From IMG/VR virus record IMGVR_UViG_3300016457_001358, positions 1 to 63,208 of that record: a DNA stretch of 63,208 bases. One strand, written 5' to 3'. A program made the translations under genes and the position numbers. Of this stretch, positions 1 through 9,725 are shown one piece after another (within the stretch, counting starts at the first letter, position 1; every line of letters starts with the position of its first letter). The notes beneath the pieces were generated by a model that searched no databases, was not told the DNA's origin, and saw nothing but the letters and a program-made list of their open reading frames with translations. This DNA is from a virus.

Positions 1-936
1 AAGAGGATAACTGTTCCAGACGATTTATTAAGACAGGACTTGGGAGACATAAACTCGCTGGTGGAATCCATAAAACGGTGCGGCCTCGACAACCCCATAA
101 CAATCCAGCAGGTCGGCGACAAGATAATATTGCGGAAGGGAAGGCGCAGGCTGGAGGCGTTCAGGCGCATGCGAAAGTCCAAAATACCATACAAGCTTGA
201 GAGTGAGACCAAGAGCGACGAGAGCAGATTAATAGTCCTTATGAAGCAGGCCGCCGAGAACAGGGCGAGGAAGGACTTCACGCCGGCGGAGGATTTGCGG
301 GCGGTTCTGGAATTGACGAAAGAGGCGGTCGAATACATCGACAATGACAGCGATGCGGGGGCATACATCGTGAACCTGCACATGAAATTGTGGAAAAAGG
401 AAAAACTGTATTCAGACGAAAAGAAACTTGTGGACATCCTCAAAGGGGCTGGATACTCGAATTTCAACTTCCTGTCAAAGCTCATGAGACTGCGAAAGCT
501 CAGTAAAAATATCCTCGAAAGGGTTGAATACGGAAACAGCAACACGATTAACGATATTTTTGAAAAGAAGAAAATCTCCTTCGGCCACGCGATAGAGCTG
601 TCGACCCTGAAAGCCGAGAAGCAGGAGATGATGTTCGAGAGAATATTCAAGGAAAAGATGAAAATCGTGCAATTGAGAAAGGAAATCAAAAAAGAAAAGC
701 ACGGGAATGAAAAGCACAAGGTGTGTGGCGCTCGCGGGTATCGCCCGCGGAGAAGCGGGTTAAAGATATTGGAGGAGCAGATGAAGAAAAAGCAGGAGGC
801 GAAAAAAGAGAAAGACGAGAATGAGGATGCAGAAAAAATCATTTTCAGCGAAGGGACGGTGGTCATCTGCCCGCATTGTCTTGAAACTTTCGAGCTCGAT
901 GCCTTCGAGCAGCACGAGTTAAAGGTGAGGGGATGA
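1..936 (+). CDS. ParB-like partition/nuclease-domain protein with C-terminal zinc ribbon; 5' end lies at 63082 across the circular junction
   Basis: ParB box motifs GLDNPITIQQVGDKIILRKGRRRLEAFRRM; C-terminal CPHC..H; frame continuous with 63082..63208. Confidence 0.65.
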   Translation, partial: KRITVPDDLLRQDLGDINSLVESIKRCGLDNPITIQQVGDKIILRKGRRRLEAFRRMRKSKIPYKLESETKSDESRLIVLMKQAAENRARKDFTPAEDLRAVLELTKEAVEYIDNDSDAGAYIVNLHMKLWKKEKLYSDEKKLVDILKGAGYSNFNFLSKLMRLRKLSKNILERVEYGNSNTINDIFEKKKISFGHAIELSTLKAEKQEMMFERIFKEKMKIVQLRKEIKKEKHGNEKHKVCGARGYRPRRSGLKILEEQMKKKQEAKKEKDENEDAEKIIFSEGTVVICPHCLETFELDAFEQHELKVRG

Positions 937-1331
937 AGAAAATCGATTTTGTAGGGGTTGGGCTGGTTATACTAACCATGGTCATGTCCTCATTTCTCGT
1001 ATTTAGTATAGCAAATATATTTTCCGAGATGAATAAGAATAATAAAATAGTGAGTGTTTTCGATTTTGCTAACAATTTATCCGAGGTTCAGGATTTCAAA
1101 TCAGGTTTGGACAGCTGGAGCATCCAGTATGATTTTTATTCAAAGGATGAAGCGTTAGAAAAGCAGGAAAAATATCCCGTCGTTTTCAATTGCAGTCGTC
1201 TAAGTTGCGACGAAGGGTTACACAAGATATTATATTACTCAAAGGACGGCAAGGGGCTTTTGGTGGTAATCCAACCCGATTTCAAAGAATATATGAGTTT
1301 CAGCTGGGCGGGCATCCAAATTAACTTGTGA
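933..1331 (+). CDS. hypothetical membrane/secreted protein
   Basis: 132 aa ORF with hydrophobic N-terminus; start overlaps ParB stop. Confidence 0.35.
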   Translation: MKKIDFVGVGLVILTMVMSSFLVFSIANIFSEMNKNNKIVSVFDFANNLSEVQDFKSGLDSWSIQYDFYSKDEALEKQEKYPVVFNCSRLSCDEGLHKILYYSKDGKGLLVVIQPDFKEYMSFSWAGIQINL

Positions 1332-1380
1332 TAAAAACTTTATAAATGAGAAAACCCATACCATTTTTAGGTAGGTAGAT

Positions 1381-1653
1381 ATGTTGGAAACGGTATTGGC
1401 GAACCTGCCTTTAGCAGCGATTTTGGGAGTTGTAGCAGGACTTCTCAGGAACGTCGGCGGATTTTTAGAGAACGCCCTCAAGGACGGACGGATAGACAGT
1501 TACGAGTGGAAGCAACTCGTGGGAACGATAGTGAAGTATTTCGTTGGCATCCTGCTATTGAGCATGGGAATGCCGATTGAGACCGCTGTGGCAGGAACAT
1601 TCGTCATGGACGTGTCCGCGTCAGCCGTTAAGAAGGCGGGCAGGAGAAAGTAA
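1381..1653 (+). CDS. small membrane protein, two predicted TM helices (holin-like topology, unproven)
   Basis: 90 aa, two hydrophobic segments, basic C-terminus; BRE/TATA-like aaaactttataaat about 35 nt upstream. Confidence 0.4.
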   Translation: MLETVLANLPLAAILGVVAGLLRNVGGFLENALKDGRIDSYEWKQLVGTIVKYFVGILLLSMGMPIETAVAGTFVMDVSASAVKKAGRRK

Positions 1654-1817
1654 AAGACCAATCTTTTAGGGTTTGATTCTTTTGTTTTGATTATTTTGGG
1701 CGAGATTTCAAATGAACAAGGAAGAGAGGATTGAACTCCTTGAAAACAACATCGCCAAACTGAAAGCCAAAATCAAGAGGATGAGGATGAGAATCAGAAA
1801 ACTGAAGGAGGATTAGA

Positions 1818-2102
1818 ATGCTTGATGTGCACGAAATTTTGGACGAGAAGGACTTCATAGAGATAGCCAAGAAGCAGCGAGACGGCCTGAAGAAAAAGTT
1901 CGAGGCGACGCATGACCAAAATTATATGAAGGCATACAGGCAGTTGAGCGGCCTCGTCAGGGAGTATGCGAAAAGGAGGGAATACTGCGTCCCGTTCATC
2001 GGGAGCGACCGCGAGCTCGGATTCCACGAGTTCTCGAACATCGACGACGCGAAAACATACAGGCTGGACGCGAGAAAGGAGAGGCTGATGAACTATGTCT
2101 GA
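1818..2102 (+). CDS. hypothetical protein
   Basis: 94 aa ORF; stop overlaps next start. Confidence 0.4.
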   Translation: MLDVHEILDEKDFIEIAKKQRDGLKKKFEATHDQNYMKAYRQLSGLVREYAKRREYCVPFIGSDRELGFHEFSNIDDAKTYRLDARKERLMNYV

Positions 2103-2568
2103 CGAGCTTTCTCTTGAGAAGAGAATCAGGATGTTCTACACGGGAGAGGGGATAGTCGGCAAGTCGGCCCTCGAGCTCGGACTGGAGCAGTTGGAGCCCT
2201 TTGATAATCTTATAGAGCAATACGAGGAGCAGGGACTGTTCGAGCCAGACTTGTTCAGATTGCCTGTTGTTATAACAGAAGCCCTGTATAAAGTCATGGA
2301 CGAATACTATCATGGTTTTTATAATGAGCTGAAGAAAAAAGGAAACAAAGAGATGCTCGGCGAGCTAATAGCCTATCATCACGACGTCGTCAGCACGCTG
2401 ACGGAGGAAATCATCACAAGAAAGAAGAGATACTTCGAGGCGAGAGGAAAATATTTCAGAAGAAAGAAACGAAACCCAGACGATGTCTATGATACGATTG
2501 AGAGGATGCACAAGCAGGACAGGGAAATGTGGAAGGATGTCGTGGGTGATGGAGATGATGAGCGATAA
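2095..2568 (+). CDS. hypothetical protein
   Basis: 157 aa ORF, charged/helical composition. Confidence 0.45.
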   Translation: MSDELSLEKRIRMFYTGEGIVGKSALELGLEQLEPFDNLIEQYEEQGLFEPDLFRLPVVITEALYKVMDEYYHGFYNELKKKGNKEMLGELIAYHHDVVSTLTEEIITRKKRYFEARGKYFRRKKRNPDDVYDTIERMHKQDREMWKDVVGDGDDER

Positions 2569-2695
2569 AGAATACGCCTATTTCAAGAAGGATATTGAAG
2601 TGTTCATAAAGGAAGTCATGGAAAAGTATCACCTGGACTTCGAGACAGCAAAGCACAATATAGAAAGGGAAATAGGTCTGTATGAGATGATTTAG
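2555..2695 (+). CDS. hypothetical small protein
   Basis: 46 aa from ATG inside frame 2483..2695. Confidence 0.3.
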   Translation: MMSDKEYAYFKKDIEVFIKEVMEKYHLDFETAKHNIEREIGLYEMI

Positions 2696-2697
2696 AC

Positions 2698-3030
2698 ATG
2701 CGAGTAAATTTTGACGCAGAGGTCAGAATCAGGGTTATTTGCGAGAACATTTTCGCGGCAATCTACGATGAGTTCAAGAGAGGCATGTGGAGCGGGGACG
2801 ATGCCGTAGAGCTCCTCGACAAGTATAAGGACATTGCCCTCGAACTGGTTGACAGTTTGCCCGACGAAGAAAGGGATGAGAAAACCAGATACATCAAACT
2901 GTCTTACGACGGCGTCAGGAAACTGATAGAGGACGATGAGATGCCGATGATAATGGACGGAAGGGAGTTCCTGAGGGAAAACGGCTATTATGCTTATTAC
3001 AACGGCAAGTTCCACAAGGACGATGATTGA
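2698..3030 (+). CDS. hypothetical protein
   Basis: 110 aa acidic ORF. Confidence 0.4.
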   Translation: MRVNFDAEVRIRVICENIFAAIYDEFKRGMWSGDDAVELLDKYKDIALELVDSLPDEERDEKTRYIKLSYDGVRKLIEDDEMPMIMDGREFLRENGYYAYYNGKFHKDDD

Positions 3031-3031
3031 C

Positions 3032-3226
3032 ATGAAGACCCTCACGCAGTTCATAGTCTACATGGTCAAGTGGATTCTGGCACCCGTGACAATAACATAC
3101 ATTATGCTGCACGACATAATGCAGTGGGACATAGTCTCAGCGTTTCTCGTGGCGAACGTTTTCTGGGGCGTCGTATATTTTTTCATAGACAAATATTGGC
3201 TGTTCGGGCGTGAGAGGAATGGTTAA
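3032..3226 (+). CDS. small membrane protein
   Basis: ATG at 3032 in frame 2990..3226; two hydrophobic segments. Confidence 0.3.
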   Translation: MKTLTQFIVYMVKWILAPVTITYIMLHDIMQWDIVSAFLVANVFWGVVYFFIDKYWLFGRERNG

Positions 3227-4025
3227 ACTTACATTAATTCAGGGGGATTGTTTGAAAATTTTGTCTAAAATTCCAGACGAGAGTGTGGATACAGTTATCA
3301 CAGACCCGCCTTATAATATATCGGAAGAAACCATCCCCATATATGATACCAAAAAAGGTAAGAGAGTAATTCAGTTAAATGAAAGTTGGGATAAGTTCAC
3401 GGATGAAGAATTTTTGGATATGATATATAGATTTATAAACGAAGTAAAAAGAATTTTAAAGTCTTCGGGAACATTTATTTGCTTTACTTCAGATAAATAT
3501 TTAAGCTATTTAAGAACATACATAAGGAAAATTGGAATGGTTTATCGCCAAACATGTGTATGGATAAAGTCGAACCCCGTTCCACAAATGCGTAAGGTTA
3601 AATTTATGTACGCTACCGAACTGTTTTTTCTTGTCCATAAAAAAAAGGGTTATGATAGTTTTAGATGGGAAAATGGACAACATCCAAATGTCTTTTACTA
3701 TCCAATTGTTGGGGGGAAAGAAAGATGCCATCCAACTCAAAAACCATTATGGTTAATAAAAGAATTGATAATATATTCAACTAAAGAGGGAGATACAGTC
3801 CTTGACCCATTTCTCGGCTCTGGAACAACTATGAAAGCGTGTTTGGAGTTAAATCGAAACTGTATCGGAATTGAAATTTCAAAAGATTATTGCGAGAATA
3901 TTGTAATTCCGAGACTAAAACCGTTAATCGCACAGTCAACGCTCACGAATACGCATCACAAATTTACATATCTCAACTTCGGCGAGAGCAGATCTTTCGA
4001 TATTTTCAAAAAGGGAGAAACATGA
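3210..4025 (+). CDS. DNA methyltransferase (beta-class N6-adenine or N4-cytosine)
   Basis: Motif IV ITDPPYN precedes motif I DPFLGSGTT. Confidence 0.8.
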   Translation: MRGMVKLTLIQGDCLKILSKIPDESVDTVITDPPYNISEETIPIYDTKKGKRVIQLNESWDKFTDEEFLDMIYRFINEVKRILKSSGTFICFTSDKYLSYLRTYIRKIGMVYRQTCVWIKSNPVPQMRKVKFMYATELFFLVHKKKGYDSFRWENGQHPNVFYYPIVGGKERCHPTQKPLWLIKELIIYSTKEGDTVLDPFLGSGTTMKACLELNRNCIGIEISKDYCENIVIPRLKPLIAQSTLTNTHHKFTYLNFGESRSFDIFKKGET

Positions 4026-4157
4026 CAAAAAGAGAGGCAGAATATCTGGCAAGAACTGTCAGGCTGATTAAGGATATAGTAAGTGACCCAGAACTAACCG
4101 ACAAACAAAAGATACGATTGATAGGCACGATACTTTGACTATGACAAGGGTGAATCG

Positions 4158-5066
4158 ATGAGCAAAAAAAAGAACAAAAAAATCATAAACATACTCCGGG
4201 ACAATCCCCTGACGCTGGGCGAACTTGCCGCCGAATTGAAACAATCCAAAACACAATGCAAGAGGGATTTGAGAGACCTGAAAATTCTCGGCGTCTATGT
4301 CGCCAGGGAAAGGATAGACAACAAGACGAAGTATTACATCCCGCTCAAGATGCCGACAACAGAGCCAAGAAAGGTGGACACGGACTACTTTGCCCTGATA
4401 GGGGACACCCACCTCGGCAGCAAATACGCGGAGGAGGAGTGCCTCAACGATTTCTTCGACATTTGCGACGAGAGCGGAATCAAGGACGTGTTCCACGCGG
4501 GAGACATCGGGGACGGGGTTATGGTTTACGACGGGCAGATTAACGACCTGCTACCCGAGGCGCTGACGTTGCAGGACCAAATACAGTATATTATAGAGCA
4601 CTACCCGAGAAAGAAGAACATAAAGCAAAAGCTCGTCAGCGGAAACCATGATACCAAACAGTTCAAGAGGCAAGGCGTCGACATAGCGAAATCAGTTGCT
4701 GATAGAAGAAAGGACATCGAGCACATCGGCCAGTCGTACGGAAGGATAAGGCTGAAGGACGATGTTTTATTAGAGATAGCTCACCCGACGGGCACCTGCC
4801 CGTATGCGAAGGACTACCGCTTCAGGACATATCTCCGGGAGAGGCCGATAAACAACTACCCGGACATCCTGGCGTTGGGGCACCTGCACAGCTCGATATT
4901 CACGGACATCCAGGGAACGCAGTCGTACATGGTCGGCTGCTTCCTCGGGGACACGGAGTTCACGAGGAGAAGAGGCCTCAACCCGGCGATAGGCGGGTGG
5001 ATAGTCGATTTGGACATCGAGGACGGGAAAATAAAGAGGAACAGAAGCGAGTGGGTGAAGTATTGA
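4158..5066 (+). CDS. calcineurin-like metallophosphoesterase with N-terminal winged-helix-like segment
   Basis: Phosphoesterase motifs GDTHLG, GDIGDG, GNHD, GHLH. Confidence 0.7.
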   Translation: MSKKKNKKIINILRDNPLTLGELAAELKQSKTQCKRDLRDLKILGVYVARERIDNKTKYYIPLKMPTTEPRKVDTDYFALIGDTHLGSKYAEEECLNDFFDICDESGIKDVFHAGDIGDGVMVYDGQINDLLPEALTLQDQIQYIIEHYPRKKNIKQKLVSGNHDTKQFKRQGVDIAKSVADRRKDIEHIGQSYGRIRLKDDVLLEIAHPTGTCPYAKDYRFRTYLRERPINNYPDILALGHLHSSIFTDIQGTQSYMVGCFLGDTEFTRRRGLNPAIGGWIVDLDIEDGKIKRNRSEWVKY

Positions 5067-5206
5067 TGGTCGAGTTCAAGAAGTTCCAAGACGCATACAT
5101 GGAGTTGAGGGAGCGATACATCAAGGACTTGGGCATGGATTCGTATTCGGCTTCGGACTTGGCCTACAAGGAGGCGAGGAAGATATATGATAGAGAAACT
5201 GCTTGA
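5066..5206 (+). CDS. hypothetical small protein
   Basis: ATG at 5066 in frame 4997..5206. Confidence 0.3.
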   Translation: MVEFKKFQDAYMELRERYIKDLGMDSYSASDLAYKEARKIYDRETA

Positions 5207-5390
5207 CGGGAAGGTCGCCAAGTATCACCCCGAGGAGGACAAGGTGTTTGTCCACGACAGGCTGAACGACAGATGCGAGGACATAGTGATGACCTTCACG
5301 AAGGAGGAAATAGAAAAACTCTACAGAATGTTCCCGGAAAGAAAAAAAGGGCTGAAGGAGTATCTGCAGGCAATCTTCCCCGTGCTTTGA
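5187..5390 (+). CDS. hypothetical protein
   Basis: 67 aa ORF. Confidence 0.3.
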   Translation: MIEKLLDGKVAKYHPEEDKVFVHDRLNDRCEDIVMTFTKEEIEKLYRMFPERKKGLKEYLQAIFPVL

Positions 5391-5464
5391 GAAACCAGAC
5401 CAGAACGAAGCGGTTAGCGTCCCTCCTCTGCTCTGCTTCTTTAGGTCTGGCTCGAAAAAGGCGG

Positions 5465-5683
5465 ATGGTTGAAATGGGTCAAGCAGACATCATTATGGTT
5501 CTGAAAGAGGCGAAAAGACCCTTGACGGTGCGGGAAATAGCGAAAAAATTGAACATTACTACAAGTAGCGTAGGAAAGTCGCTGAGGGGGCTGGTGCGGT
5601 TCGGCGAGGTGGAGGTGGCGGGAACAATCAGCAGGAGCAAGCATGCCAAATGCGTTAAAATATACAGACTGGTGAGAAAATGA
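5465..5683 (+). CDS. winged-helix DNA-binding protein
   Basis: MVEMGQADIIMVLKEAKRPLTVREIAKKLN; paralogous N-terminus to 50846..51046. Confidence 0.45.
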   Translation: MVEMGQADIIMVLKEAKRPLTVREIAKKLNITTSSVGKSLRGLVRFGEVEVAGTISRSKHAKCVKIYRLVRK

Positions 5684-5901
5684 GCTGGTATAGTTCGAAT
5701 CCGTACCAATCCTTCTGGGACTGGGTCATGGCAAGATGGAAATGCCCGAAGTGCGGAACAACGTGGGAATGTGTGACCTTGTTCGACGACTGCGTCGAGA
5801 CGGAGACGACGGGAAGCACGAGAACATTCTTCGTCGAATGCCCCGACCTGAAATGCAGACACAGGGAAATCTTGAAGGTCGAGAGGTTGAAAAAGGCATG
5901 A
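5680..5901 (+). CDS. zinc-ribbon protein
   Basis: CPKCG..C and CPDLKC..H cysteine pairs. Confidence 0.4.
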   Translation: MSWYSSNPYQSFWDWVMARWKCPKCGTTWECVTLFDDCVETETTGSTRTFFVECPDLKCRHREILKVERLKKA

Positions 5902-6038
5902 TGATGAAACTAAACTGTCCCCGTTGCGGTCACGAGCTCGAGGAGTGGCACGAGTATTTGAGGTGCCCAAAGTGCGGATGGATGTTCGACGATTCCAAAC
6001 CGCGCTCGCATTTCGGTTTGCAAAAAAGATACGGATAA
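5898..6038 (+). CDS. zinc-ribbon protein
   Basis: CPRCG...CPKCG in a 46 aa ORF. Confidence 0.4.
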   Translation: MMMKLNCPRCGHELEEWHEYLRCPKCGWMFDDSKPRSHFGLQKRYG

Positions 6039-6143
6039 TTCTGACCGAAAACTATTTAAATGTTTAAAACAATAAATAAATATCCAGGCGCAGGAGAGAT
6101 TTCAGCAGAGCCCATAATGGCATTGTATCTCTCCTAATTTCCT

Positions 6144-7724
6144 GTGATATTTATGGAATTTGAAAAAGTTATGGAAGATTTTGCAAGAAGCTTTATAGAG
6201 AGAAGAGCTAAAAACGAAAACTTCGATATGTCGGAGCACTCGTTTTATACTCACAGTCCGGAGCAAGATTTTCTATCAGTACTGTTCACGGGATATATTC
6301 AAAATTTTTACTACATGAGTTCTGCCGAAGTTTTCTCCTATTCCGTGCCGTTGCACAAAGAAATCATCAAAAAAGATATTGACTTTTACATTCAAAGTCT
6401 CCATGTCGCCAGAGAAATATCCGCAATGAAAGATCAGGTTTTAATAGGTTTGTTATTGCTGTCCAAATGCGAAATGAGAGACGATCTTTTTGATCTGTTG
6501 GTAGATTTGCTATCAACATTTCCGCCAAACCAGGTGGTTAGAAAGTTCGTCAATACAAAAAGAAAAGACAGATCTCTGTTCGGTGGTTTCGGCTCTTTTG
6601 AAAAAAGATTGATAGCCAAAGTTTTTGAAACATGGAAAGAAAAAGGATTGCTTGACTATTATTTCGCAAAGTATAGAAGATATGTCCAACAATTAGTGAA
6701 CCTTTCGCATATAAAAATCGAAAAAGAATTATTCGGATGGTTGAGTAGCCCGACCCAGTATCAAGGCAAAGAGGGGTATCTGAACAAAATAAAAGAGTTT
6801 TATCGTTCCAAAAATATACATGATCTGCCCGACAAGGCTCCCTTTGAAATAGTGAGAAGCTTCATCAAAAAAGATGATTGGAAGCCCGAGTTGCTGGAAA
6901 AATGCGACATCACGGCCAACACGGTAGTTTTGCAGGCGACAAGCCTTTACTCCGCATTTAAAAATGAGATGCTGCCGTATGTGAAAAGAGCGGTGAACAA
7001 AAAGGTTACCGCAGATAAGATACTCAAAGCCTTGATAATGGCAGAAATAAAAGAGCACCACGAACTGGCCGCGGAATTAGCCAAAGCTTATGCAGAAAAG
7101 GTTAAAACAACATACAAAGATCTGCTATTGCCCTTGGACAACGCAAGCATTTGCGTCGTTCTCGATGCTTCGGGAAGTATGGAACCCGAATCGTTAAGAG
7201 GCATGTTTTTAAAAGGTTTGAGTTGCATCGCGCCGTTTTCTCCGATAATAAAATCGTTAATATTGTTCAGCGATGAAGCGGGAGATGCGGATGTCAGATT
7301 CCTTTCGACGTGGGAAGGTTTATTGAAACTCATGCAACTTGCTGACAATTCATACAATAACTCTACCAACATAGTCGCCGGATTGTCACGCGCACTCGAA
7401 AAAGCCAAACAAAAAGAAATAAACGCGGTTATTTTAGTTACCGATGAGCAGGCAAACGTGGTTTCTTCGAGCGACACCGAAATGGATTTAATTAAAAAAT
7501 TGCTGGATATGGGCATCCAAGTAATCGTAATTAATCCAACGCCGTATCCGGTGAAGATAACGGATATTTCAGACAAGAGGCTCATTTATATTCCTTCTCC
7601 AAATCCCGAAGCATTGAAGGGGGCGCTGAGATTGTCTCAAATTGTAAATGCAAAATTGCAAGCCAAACCGTTGCTTGAAAAAATCGCAAGCGGCGCAAAG
7701 AAAAAGAAGAAAGAAAATGAATAG
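6144..7724 (+). CDS. vWA-domain protein with Ro60-like (TROVE + vWA) architecture
   Basis: C-terminal vWA with MIDAS (VVLDASGSM..NSTN..VTDEQ); ~330 aa helical N-domain with KYRRYVQQLVNLSHIK resembling the Ro60 TROVE segment. Confidence 0.55.
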   Translation: MIFMEFEKVMEDFARSFIERRAKNENFDMSEHSFYTHSPEQDFLSVLFTGYIQNFYYMSSAEVFSYSVPLHKEIIKKDIDFYIQSLHVAREISAMKDQVLIGLLLLSKCEMRDDLFDLLVDLLSTFPPNQVVRKFVNTKRKDRSLFGGFGSFEKRLIAKVFETWKEKGLLDYYFAKYRRYVQQLVNLSHIKIEKELFGWLSSPTQYQGKEGYLNKIKEFYRSKNIHDLPDKAPFEIVRSFIKKDDWKPELLEKCDITANTVVLQATSLYSAFKNEMLPYVKRAVNKKVTADKILKALIMAEIKEHHELAAELAKAYAEKVKTTYKDLLLPLDNASICVVLDASGSMEPESLRGMFLKGLSCIAPFSPIIKSLILFSDEAGDADVRFLSTWEGLLKLMQLADNSYNNSTNIVAGLSRALEKAKQKEINAVILVTDEQANVVSSSDTEMDLIKKLLDMGIQVIVINPTPYPVKITDISDKRLIYIPSPNPEALKGALRLSQIVNAKLQAKPLLEKIASGAKKKKKENE

Positions 7725-7742
7725 AATCAAGGCGCTTGGAGT

Positions 7743-7874
7743 ATGCTAACAACTATTGACATCGAAAGATTGAAAGAACTCAAAAAAATAGCAATTGATA
7801 GGAACATGACTCTGCGGGATCTTGTAAACAAAATCATCAACGATTATTTGGAGCGTGAGCAATATGGCGCGTAA
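7743..7874 (+). CDS. small ribbon-helix-helix-like protein
   Basis: 43 aa hand-delimited ORF; helical DNA-binding-like composition. Confidence 0.3.
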   Translation: MLTTIDIERLKELKKIAIDRNMTLRDLVNKIINDYLEREQYGA

Positions 7875-7968
7875 AAGATGCCCATACTGCAAGGACGGAA
7901 GAATAGTGAGAAGCCATGAAAAGCACATTGCGTTTTGCTCGTTGTGCGGTCACGAGTTCAAGTATTGA
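7864..7968 (+). CDS. zinc-ribbon protein
   Basis: MARKRCPYC...CSLCGH; overlaps previous stop. Confidence 0.35.
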   Translation: MARKRCPYCKDGRIVRSHEKHIAFCSLCGHEFKY

Positions 7969-8105
7969 GAAACCGAGCCAGACATTCACGCACCTCTGAC
8001 GAGTGGGTCGTCCCCGAAAGGGATTACTGCCCGTGAGTCCCATTCAAGCGTTCACCGTATTGACCTCTTTATTTCTGGCTCGGCTCAAAATGCCCATGAG
8101 GTGAT
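7966..8105. ncRNA. candidate structured non-coding element X, copy 1
   Basis: GC-rich island; shares 5' gagaaaccgag and 3' ttggctcggctcaaaatgccc with 53942..54031; GNRA-type hairpin ccc-gaaa-ggg. Confidence 0.25.
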
Positions 8106-8108
8106 ATA

Positions 8109-8234
8109 ATGGCAGAATTTTATGGAAGATGCGAACGTTGCGGAATGGAAGTCGATTGGGACGATATAGCAGGAGAAATAGCGAACGTGGGTTTTGTCTG
8201 TAGATTGTGCTGGGAAGAATTTAGAGAAAGATAG
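8109..8234 (+). CDS. zinc-ribbon protein
   Basis: CERCG...CRLC in a 41 aa ORF. Confidence 0.35.
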   Translation: MAEFYGRCERCGMEVDWDDIAGEIANVGFVCRLCWEEFRER

Positions 8235-8388
8235 GCTCAAAATGCCTCAAACAGCCCGCCCAAGTAGGCTCCAGCCGATTGCGGAGGGACGCCTCCGCCA
8301 GAGGGCGAAAAAAGTCTGCCATTGCCCTCGCAAGAGGTTAAGGGCCTGTCTCCCACAATGGCAGGGGCTTGGGAGAGATGGTGATAAA
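8235..8388. ncRNA. candidate structured non-coding element Y, copy 1
   Basis: GC-rich; inverted repeats ctgccattg/caatggcag and ggaggg-acg-cctcc; homologous to 54017..54180. Confidence 0.2.
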
Positions 8389-8868
8389 ATGAAAGATAGT
8401 GAGTTTAAACCTATTATTGATGAAATTAAAAGACAATATGACCTACAAATGAAAATGGACGATTCTCATGATACTAAAATAGGCATCATGCTTGGTTTTA
8501 TTCTTATTGTTCTTGCCCAAATAACTCTAAGTGAAACGTTTTTAAATGAGATAATAAAAAATCAGATTTCGTTAATTATTTTTACTGTTGGTCTATTGAG
8601 TATATTATGCGCAACTTATTTTGGAATAAGAGCATATTTTATTAGAAAATATAATGTCGGACCGAAAATTTTTGATTTGGTTGAGCAATATAGAAAAGGA
8701 GAAAAAAGAGATTATAATAAAGTAATTTCAAGAAAAATTTACGATGCTTTTGTTGAAAACACCAGCATCTCTCAAAATAAAGCAAACCGTATTAAGAAAA
8801 TGTTTGTTTCGTTTTTTGTAGGGTTTGTGTTGATAACAGTCTCGAAAATTATTTCGATGGTGATTTAA
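8389..8868 (+). CDS. membrane protein
   Basis: ATG at 8389 in frame 8194..8868; several hydrophobic helices. Confidence 0.45.
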   Translation: MKDSEFKPIIDEIKRQYDLQMKMDDSHDTKIGIMLGFILIVLAQITLSETFLNEIIKNQISLIIFTVGLLSILCATYFGIRAYFIRKYNVGPKIFDLVEQYRKGEKRDYNKVISRKIYDAFVENTSISQNKANRIKKMFVSFFVGFVLITVSKIISMVI

Positions 8869-8891
8869 GATGTCAGACAGGATATGGAGAG

Positions 8892-9059
8892 ATGATGAGA
8901 ATGGAATGTTACATTTGCGGAAAAGAAATTGATGAAGCAGCAGAAGAAGGCATAGATTATTGGAAGTGCTATGACGGAAAGTCTGTAATTTACATGAAGT
9001 GTTTTGAAAAACCAGAGGCGGGTAAAAGCGTGTCGAAAAAATCTGCTATTGGTCTCTAA
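8892..9059 (+). CDS. small zinc-binding protein
   Basis: CYICG...CYDG..C. Confidence 0.3.
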   Translation: MMRMECYICGKEIDEAAEEGIDYWKCYDGKSVIYMKCFEKPEAGKSVSKKSAIGL

Positions 9060-9077
9060 CGAGGCTGAGGTGATGGC

Positions 9078-9248
9078 ATGAAATGCCCATACTGCGGAAA
9101 CAGGCTGAAAACTTTATTTTACTATACGACAAAGCCCAAACACAAAAAGAACAACACAAAATTTGCATACTGCGAAAAATGTGATAAAGTCTTCAGAATA
9201 ATTGTTGCGGATACAGAAACAACTGAGAGGGTGAAAGAAAATGAGTGA
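9078..9248 (+). CDS. zinc-ribbon protein
   Basis: MKCPYCG...CEKC. Confidence 0.35.
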   Translation: MKCPYCGNRLKTLFYYTTKPKHKKNNTKFAYCEKCDKVFRIIVADTETTERVKENE

Positions 9249-9537
9249 AGAAAAACCTTTGAAATTGGAAGAATTAATTAAATTGATAGAAGAAGAATTT
9301 ACAGAGAAAATACAAAAGATAGATGCAAATCACGAAATAAGATGGTTATGTATTGATTATTATAGGTGGCAGACAATCAAAGACAAAATCAAACAACAAA
9401 ACAGATTAGCAGTTCAGGGATTGCTTGAGGATATTGATGAAGTAGAATTAAAAAACAAAACTTTGTTAGACTTACATTATGAAATTAGACAAAAAATCAA
9501 AAAATGGTTTCCTGTTGAAGAAGGCGAGAGAAAATGA
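9241..9537 (+). CDS. hypothetical protein
   Basis: 98 aa charged ORF. Confidence 0.4.
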   Translation: MSEEKPLKLEELIKLIEEEFTEKIQKIDANHEIRWLCIDYYRWQTIKDKIKQQNRLAVQGLLEDIDEVELKNKTLLDLHYEIRQKIKKWFPVEEGERK

Positions 9538-9611
9538 TAGGAGATGACCCTTTGATAAGAGATTGGATAGAGAAGATAAAAGAGGATACAAATAAAGGTG
9601 AAAGAAAGTGA
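9534..9611 (+). CDS. mini-ORF (MIGDDPLIRDWIEKI...) with a near-identical copy at 55669
   Basis: ~45 nt identical at 9534..9580 and 55669..55715. Confidence 0.25.
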   Translation: MIGDDPLIRDWIEKIKEDTNKGERK

Positions 9612-9718
9612 GTGAAACCAATATAATCACGAAAAGATGCCCATACTGCGGAAAATTATTCGACTGCTATTATGACATCGGATTTGCGATTCATAAAGCA
9701 TGGTGTAAAAAAAGGTGA
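9608..9718 (+). CDS. zinc-ribbon protein (GTG start)
   Basis: KRCPYCG..C..C; same motif family as 7864 and 9078. Confidence 0.25.
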   Translation: MSETNIITKRCPYCGKLFDCYYDIGFAIHKAWCKKR

Positions 9719-9725
9719 AAAGAAA

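Noticed and set aside
1381-1653. Assignment as a holin
   Set aside because: Two TM helices and a charged tail are compatible but not specific; no adjacent endolysin was recognised, so it is left as a small membrane protein.
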